Shown here in pieces: positions 58,485-64,000 of a stretch of DNA of 64,000 nt. Location: the NCBI GenBank assembly GCA_035686425.1, contig DASRZL010000098.1, positions 2,761 to 66,760 on the forward strand. Reading direction: 5' to 3'. How positions within the stretch are numbered: the stretch's first letter is position 1; each line of letters opens with the position of its first letter. The translations under genes and the position numbers were made by a program. Source of the DNA: Thermoleophilia bacterium. GTDB lineage: Bacteria > Actinomycetota > Thermoleophilia > UBA2241. The notes under the pieces were generated by a model. That model was not told the DNA's origin, did no database searches, and saw only the letters and a program-made list of their open reading frames with translations.

Positions 58485-60959
58485 ATGGCGACGACGGTGG
58501 AGAACGTGCCGCAGACCACGCCGCGCCCCGGCCAGATCACCCTGACCGTCGACGGTCAGGAGGTGATCTGCGAGCGCGGCGACACGATCCTCGACGCGGC
58601 GCAGCGCATCGGCATCCACATCCCGACGCTCTGCTACGAGCCGCGGCTGCCGGCGACGGCCGCCTGCCGCATGTGCATCGTCGAGGTCGAGGGCGCCCGC
58701 AAGATGATCCCGAGCTGCTCGGCCGCGGTCTCGGACGGCATGGTCGTGCGTACCGACACCGAGAAGGTCCGCGCCATGCGGCACCTCTACCTCGAGCTGC
58801 TGCTCAGCGACCACAACTCGTTTTGCACGCCGCCGTGCCGCGACGCCTGCCCGACGCACATCAAGATCCCGCAGTTCCTCGACTACATCGCGCACAAGGA
58901 CTACAAGAACGGTGTGCGCAAGCTGCGCGAGGACCTGCCCTTCCCGGCCGTGCTCGGGCGCGTCTGCCCGCGGCCGTGCGAGGGCCCGTGCCGCCGGCAG
59001 CTCGTCGAGCATCCCATCACCATCTGCCAGCTGCACCGCTTCATGGCCGATCAGACCATCGACGAGGAGCAGACCGGCGAGCTGCTGCTGCCGGTCGAGC
59101 CGAAGGCCGACACCGGCAAGAAGATCGCCATCGTCGGCGGTGGGCCGGCCGGCCTAGCCGCCGCCTTCTATGCCCGGCTCGAGGGGCACTCGGTCAAGAT
59201 CTTCGAGGCCCTGCCCAAGCCGGGCGGCATGCTGCGCTACGGCATCCCGAGCTACCGCCTGCCGCGCGACCTCCTGGACAAGGAGATCAACGTGCTGTGG
59301 CGCTTGGGCGTCGAGCTCCAGGTCAACAGCCGGCTCGGCGCCGACTACCAGCTCGAGGACCTCACGGCCGAGTACGACGCCGTGTTCCTCGCCCTCGGCG
59401 CCTTCAACAGCAACGACATGCGCATCCCCGGTGAGGACGCCGACGGCGTGGTCACGGCCGTCGACTTCCTCGGCGAGCTCGAAGTGACCGGGGCCGTGCA
59501 CGTGGGCGACAAGGTCGCCGTGATCGGCGGCGGCTTCACCGCCATGGACGCCTGCCGCACCAGCATCCGCAAGGGCGCGAAAGAGGTCACGTGCCTCTAC
59601 CGGCGCTCACGAAAAGAGATGCCGGCTCACGTCACCGAGGTCGACGAGGCCGAGGAGGAGGGCGTCAAGCTGGAGCTTCTCATCGCCCCGGTGCGCGTGC
59701 TCGCCGACGAGCAGAACAAGGTCACCGGCATCGAGATGCAGCGCATGGAGCTCGGCGAGCCTGATGCCTCCGGCCGCCGCCGGCCGGTACCGATCGAGGG
59801 CTCCGAGTTCATCATCGAGTGCGACCAGGTCATCGCCGCCGTCGGCCAGTTCCCCAAGCTCGACGGCACCAGCGAGGAGCAGGGCGTCAAGCGCACCAAG
59901 TGGCGCACCATCCAGGTCGACGACTGGACGTTCCAGACCGAGGACCCGCGCGTGTTCGCCGGCGGCGACGCCGTGCTCGGCGCGCAGACGGTGATCCAGG
60001 CGGTCGCCCAGGGCAAGAAGGCCGCCTGGAGCATGGATGCCTACTTACGCGGCGCCGACATGACCGAGGTCTCGCAGTCGCTCGCCGAGCTCAAGGCGAC
60101 GCCGTTCTTCCACGCGCTGAGCGCCAAGACCGACCTCGACCCACGGATCTCCCGCATGGCCGAGCTCCCGCCGGTGTTCATCGACATGACCACGGACGTG
60201 ACGCACCCGAGCCCGCCGGCCGAGATGCCCAAGCTCGGACCCGACGCCCGCACGACGAACTTCGAGCAGATCGAGCTCGGGTTCAGCGAGGCCGAGGCCG
60301 TACGCGGCGCCGAGCTCTGCCTGGATTGCTACTGTCCGGCCAGCGGCAAGTGCGACCTGCAGCGCTACGGCATCGAGTACGAGGTCTTCAAGAACCGCTT
60401 CCACGGCGGCGACGCCCACGACTACCCGGCCGACTTCCGCCACGACTTCATCATGCGCGAGCCCAACCGCTGCATCAATTGCGGCCGCTGCGTGCGCGTC
60501 TGCCGTATGGAGGTCGGATCGAGCTGCTACGACAACATGGACCGCGGTTTCGACACCATCGTGAGCACCGCCGACAACCTGCCGCTGCAGCTGGTCGGCT
60601 GCGTGAGCTGCGGCAAATGCGCCGAGACGTGCCCCACGGGTTCCATCGAGACCAACCCGCGCATCCTCGGCACTTACGACCTCGACGAGAGCCGCTGCAT
60701 CTTCTGCGGCGAGTGCGTCGAGGTCTGCCCCTACGACGCGCTCGAGCAGTCAGACTTCTTCGAGCTCGCCGGCTACAGCCGCACGGCCATGGCGCGCGAG
60801 TCCCTGTACGTGCGCGAGCCGCGCCCCGTCGACCCGTTGCGCGAGACGGTCAAGGACCTCGTCCCGCACGTGCACGACGCCGAGCTCGGCCGCGGCTGGG
60901 TGTGGGAGCCCATGAAGGACGATCCCATCCCGCTCGACGACCCGGAGGACGTGAGCTGA
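58485..60959 (+). CDS. Multidomain Fe-S flavoprotein: NuoG/HydA N-terminal [2Fe-2S] + GltD/NfnA-like FAD/NADPH domain + 2x[4Fe-4S] + C-terminal half of NuoI
   Basis: PTLC..ACRMC..PSC; PCRDACP/CPRPCEGPC; GGGPAG; GGGFTAMD, YRRSR; CINCGRC, CVSCGKC; then YDLDESRCIFCGECVEVCP..FELAGYSR. Confidence 0.88.
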   Translation: MATTVENVPQTTPRPGQITLTVDGQEVICERGDTILDAAQRIGIHIPTLCYEPRLPATAACRMCIVEVEGARKMIPSCSAAVSDGMVVRTDTEKVRAMRHLYLELLLSDHNSFCTPPCRDACPTHIKIPQFLDYIAHKDYKNGVRKLREDLPFPAVLGRVCPRPCEGPCRRQLVEHPITICQLHRFMADQTIDEEQTGELLLPVEPKADTGKKIAIVGGGPAGLAAAFYARLEGHSVKIFEALPKPGGMLRYGIPSYRLPRDLLDKEINVLWRLGVELQVNSRLGADYQLEDLTAEYDAVFLALGAFNSNDMRIPGEDADGVVTAVDFLGELEVTGAVHVGDKVAVIGGGFTAMDACRTSIRKGAKEVTCLYRRSRKEMPAHVTEVDEAEEEGVKLELLIAPVRVLADEQNKVTGIEMQRMELGEPDASGRRRPVPIEGSEFIIECDQVIAAVGQFPKLDGTSEEQGVKRTKWRTIQVDDWTFQTEDPRVFAGGDAVLGAQTVIQAVAQGKKAAWSMDAYLRGADMTEVSQSLAELKATPFFHALSAKTDLDPRISRMAELPPVFIDMTTDVTHPSPPAEMPKLGPDARTTNFEQIELGFSEAEAVRGAELCLDCYCPASGKCDLQRYGIEYEVFKNRFHGGDAHDYPADFRHDFIMREPNRCINCGRCVRVCRMEVGSSCYDNMDRGFDTIVSTADNLPLQLVGCVSCGKCAETCPTGSIETNPRILGTYDLDESRCIFCGECVEVCPYDALEQSDFFELAGYSRTAMARESLYVREPRPVDPLRETVKDLVPHVHDAELGRGWVWEPMKDDPIPLDDPEDVS

Positions 60960-61468
60960 TGCCCGGCGGCGACTTCCATCCCTGGTTCTTCGTCGTCGTG
61001 GCTGCGTGGGTGCTCGTCTGCGCCCTCGGCGTCGTCCTGTTCAAGAAGATCATGTACTCCGCCGTCTCGATGGTGTTCTGCTTCCTCGGCGTCGCCTTCG
61101 CCTACGCGCTGCTCAACGCCCCCCTGGTGGCGGTCATCCAGATCCTCGTGTACGTCGGCGCCATCTCGGTCGTCATCATCTTCGCCATCATGCTCACCGA
61201 GGTCCAACACGGTGGGTACGAGCTGTTCTTCAACCGGCAGACGGCCGTCGCCGCGGCCGCGGCGCTCATCGGCGCCGCGGTGCTCGCGATCGTCTCTCTC
61301 TCCGCCGACATCGGCCCGATCGGCGACAAGTCGCTGACGCCGGGCCTCCGCCCGCTCTCCAAGCTCATCTTCGACCGCTACGTGCTCCCGTTCGAGCTGG
61401 TCTCGCTCGTGCTCGTGGCGGCGATGATCGGCGCGATCGTCCTGGCGACTCGCGAGAGGGAGCGCTGA
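60959..61468 (+). CDS. nuoJ: NADH-quinone oxidoreductase subunit J
   Basis: QILVYVGAISVVIIFAIML and PFELVSLVLVAAMIGAIVL. TGATG overlap. Confidence 0.93.
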   Translation: MPGGDFHPWFFVVVAAWVLVCALGVVLFKKIMYSAVSMVFCFLGVAFAYALLNAPLVAVIQILVYVGAISVVIIFAIMLTEVQHGGYELFFNRQTAVAAAAALIGAAVLAIVSLSADIGPIGDKSLTPGLRPLSKLIFDRYVLPFELVSLVLVAAMIGAIVLATRERER

Positions 61469-61776
61469 TGAACGCCCTTTACTGGTGGCTGCTGCTCGCC
61501 TTTCTGCTCTTCTGCATCGGCGCGTTCGGCGTGCTCGCGCGCCGCAACATCATCCTGGTCGTCATGAGCCTCGAGATCATGCTCAACGCGGTCAACATCG
61601 CCCTCGTCGCGATCGCCAACTTCCGCGGCGGCGCGCGCGGCGCCGGCACGCTGTTCGCCCTGTTCATCATCGTGCTGGCAGCCGCCGAAGTGACGGTGGG
61701 CCTCGCCATCGTGATCGCCAACTACCGCAACAGGAGCACCGTGCAGACCGACACCTACGACGAGCTCAAGGGCTAG
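61468..61776 (+). CDS. nuoK: NADH-quinone oxidoreductase subunit K
   Basis: RRN..V.MSLEIMLNAVN and LAAAEVTVGLAI. Confidence 0.95.
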   Translation: MNALYWWLLLAFLLFCIGAFGVLARRNIILVVMSLEIMLNAVNIALVAIANFRGGARGAGTLFALFIIVLAAAEVTVGLAIVIANYRNRSTVQTDTYDELKG

Positions 61777-61789
61777 CGAGGAAGCGCAC

Positions 61790-63703
61790 GTGGAGGGGAC
61801 CCAGTACATGAAGATCGCCGTGGCGCTGATCGTGCTGCTGCCGCTGGCCGGCTTCATCATCACACTGCTGCTCGGCAAGCGTTTCTTCCGCGCCAAGGCG
61901 CACATCCTGCCGGTCACCGTGGTCACCATCACGGCCGTGCTGTCGATCTATGCGTTCGAGTGGGTCTTCCGGCATCCGGAGGAGGCCTTCATCTGGAACG
62001 CGTTCACGTGGGTGGCCGCAGGCCGGTTCACGGTGGAGTGGGGTTTCCTCGTCGACCCGCTCACCGGGATCATGCTCCTCGTCGTCGGCATCATCGGCAT
62101 GCTCGTGCACTACTATTCCATCGGCTATATGAAGGACGACCCCGGGTACTACCGGTTCTTCGCCTATCTGAACCTGTTCATGTTCGCGATGTTCGTGCTC
62201 ATCCTCGCGAACAACTACCTGCTCCTCTTCCTCGGCTGGGAAGGAGTGGGCCTCTGCTCGTACCTGCTCATCTCGTTCTGGTTCCGCAAGAAGAGCGCCA
62301 GCCAGGCAGGCAAGAAGGCGTTCCTGGTCAACCGCGTCGGCGACTTCGGCTTCACGCTGGGCATGTTCCTGATCTTCGTCACCACCGGCACGCTGCAGTT
62401 CACCGGCGTCTTCGACAAGGCCGAGATGATCGGCTCGGGCACGCTGCTCTGGATCTGCCTGCTGCTCTTCACCGGCGCCGTGGGCAAGAGCGCCCAGTTC
62501 CCGCTGCACGTATGGCTGCCGGACGCCATGGAAGGCCCCACGCCGGTCAGCGCGCTCATCCACGCCGCCACCATGGTCAACGCCGGCGTCTACATGGTGG
62601 CGCGCTCGTACCCGCTGTTCCTTCACTCCGACGTGGCGATGCTCATCGTGATGATCGTCGGCACGTTCACCGCGATCTACTCCGCGTACATCGCCATCAC
62701 CCAGAACGACATCAAGAAGGTGATCGCCTACTCCACCGTATCGTCACTCGGTTTCATGTTCCTGGCCCTCGGCGCCGGGGCGTGGGCGGCCGGCATCTTC
62801 TACCTCTTCGCGCACGGCTTCTTCAAGGGCCTCCTGTTCCTCTGCTCGGGCTCGGTGATCCACGCCATGAGCGGCGAACAGGACATGCGCCAGATGGGCG
62901 GGTTGCGCAAGAAGATCCCCATTACGTTCTGGACGATGCTCATCGGCGCCATCGCTCTCATCGGCGTCTTCCCCTTCGCCGGGTTCTGGGCCAAGGACGA
63001 GATCCTCGGCGGGGCCTTTGTCGGCGGGTACTACGTGGTGTGGGCGGTCGGCATCGTCACGGCCTTCCTGACGGCCGTGTTCGCCTTCCGCCTCATCTTC
63101 ATGACGTTCTTCGGCGAGTCCCGCGCCTCCGAAGAGGTGCAGCACCACATCCACGAGTCCCCCAAGGTCATGACCATCCCGCTGGTGCTTCTGGCCATCC
63201 CGTCGGCGCTGTTGGGAGCCGTCGCCGGCTTCCCGCCGGAGAAGGGCTGGATCCACACGTTCCTCGAGCCGGTCTTCTACGATGTCGAGCACGAGGAGTT
63301 CTACTGGGTCGGCGAGGGCGGTGGCCTCATGCTGTTCTCGGTCGCCGTGGCCCTGCTGGGCGTCTACGTGGCCTACGTGCTGTACATCAGGCGTACCGAG
63401 GTGCCGGGGCGCATGGCGAAGCGTCTGCCGATCGCCTACAAGGCATCGCTCAACAAGATGTACATGGACCAGGTCTACGAAGTGGTGCCTATCCGCAGCA
63501 CCTTGGCCCTCGCCAGTTGGCTGTGGACCTTCTTCGACGTGAAGATCATCGACGGCGCCGTCAACGGGCTCGCCTGGCTCTGGGGCTGGTTCGGCGACAA
63601 GCTGCGGCCCATCCAGACCGGCCACGTGCAGAACTACGTGATGTACGTGTTCGGCGGCATGATCGTGCTCGTCGTGGTCGTCTCCTGGGTGTGGGGGGGC
63701 TGA
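61790..63703 (+). CDS. nuoL: NADH-quinone oxidoreductase subunit L
   Basis: GWEGVGLCSYLLI, GKSAQFPLHVWLPDAMEGPTPVSALIHAATMV, AHGFFKGLLFL. Confidence 0.96.
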   Translation: MEGTQYMKIAVALIVLLPLAGFIITLLLGKRFFRAKAHILPVTVVTITAVLSIYAFEWVFRHPEEAFIWNAFTWVAAGRFTVEWGFLVDPLTGIMLLVVGIIGMLVHYYSIGYMKDDPGYYRFFAYLNLFMFAMFVLILANNYLLLFLGWEGVGLCSYLLISFWFRKKSASQAGKKAFLVNRVGDFGFTLGMFLIFVTTGTLQFTGVFDKAEMIGSGTLLWICLLLFTGAVGKSAQFPLHVWLPDAMEGPTPVSALIHAATMVNAGVYMVARSYPLFLHSDVAMLIVMIVGTFTAIYSAYIAITQNDIKKVIAYSTVSSLGFMFLALGAGAWAAGIFYLFAHGFFKGLLFLCSGSVIHAMSGEQDMRQMGGLRKKIPITFWTMLIGAIALIGVFPFAGFWAKDEILGGAFVGGYYVVWAVGIVTAFLTAVFAFRLIFMTFFGESRASEEVQHHIHESPKVMTIPLVLLAIPSALLGAVAGFPPEKGWIHTFLEPVFYDVEHEEFYWVGEGGGLMLFSVAVALLGVYVAYVLYIRRTEVPGRMAKRLPIAYKASLNKMYMDQVYEVVPIRSTLALASWLWTFFDVKIIDGAVNGLAWLWGWFGDKLRPIQTGHVQNYVMYVFGGMIVLVVVVSWVWGG

Positions 63704-63757
63704 CATGAGCGGTATGCCTACGTTGTCCCGCTCGTGTACGCCGGAAGAGGGAGCGTC

Positions 63758-64000
63758 ATGAGCTGGAGCGACCAGATCGGCTTCCCGCTGCTCTCGATCA
63801 TCACGTTCCTGCCTCTGGCGGGCGTGCTCCTCATCCTGCTCTTCGGCCGCGGCAAGCCGGCCGTCTACAAGGTCATCTCGCTCATCGTGACCCTGGCGGC
63901 CTTCGCTCTCTCGGTGTGGATGCTCTTCGCCTTCAAGATCAAGCTGCCCGGCATGCAGTTCGCGGAGAACGTCACCTGGATCAAGGCACTGAACATCAAG
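63758..64000 (+). CDS. nuoM: NADH-quinone oxidoreductase subunit M (5' part; truncated by window end)
   Basis: My translation from ATG 63758: MSWSDQIGFPLLSIITFLPLAG...MQFAENVTWIKALNIK. Follows nuoL. Confidence 0.85.
   Translation, partial: MSWSDQIGFPLLSIITFLPLAGVLLILLFGRGKPAVYKVISLIVTLAAFALSVWMLFAFKIKLPGMQFAENVTWIKALNIK

Overview
This is a very GC-rich bacterial chromosomal window. Actinomycetota, possibly an anaerobic Thermoleophilia-like lineage, is an inference from GC content, many leaderless promoters and gene repertoire. I found no rRNA, tRNA, IS, prophage or CRISPR. About 60 housekeeping, envelope, signalling and anaerobic-metabolism genes are present: two tandem MBOAT+SGNH O-acetylation pairs, ArfB, a kinase/receiver/diguanylate cyclase cassette, pncBA-like genes, galE, an M6 protease, TlpA-CcdA, an FAD/Fe-S dehydrogenase, iorAB-ACT-paaK, a tungsten-family AOR with a class II aldolase, PBP1A, tatAC and a nuo operon running off the right edge. 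The most striking feature is in the nuo operon. It has the 11-subunit order A-B-C-D-H-I-J-K-L-M, but nuoI is split in two. A three-gene HydABC/NfnABC(Bfu)-like flavoprotein module sits inside it: the N-half of NuoI is fused to NuoE, and the C-half is fused to the end of a NuoG-N/GltD hybrid. Other highlights are a likely unannotated selenoprotein (FmdB zinc ribbon ending GFG-U-G, with a SECIS-like hairpin) behind a CsoR-type operator. There are also three intact ORFs whose catalytic residues are lost (CbiA-like, UDG-like, GGDEF-like), two small DRRxGERR proteins beside response regulators, and an MttB-like deletion remnant. All calls come from reading motifs by eye; no searches were run.
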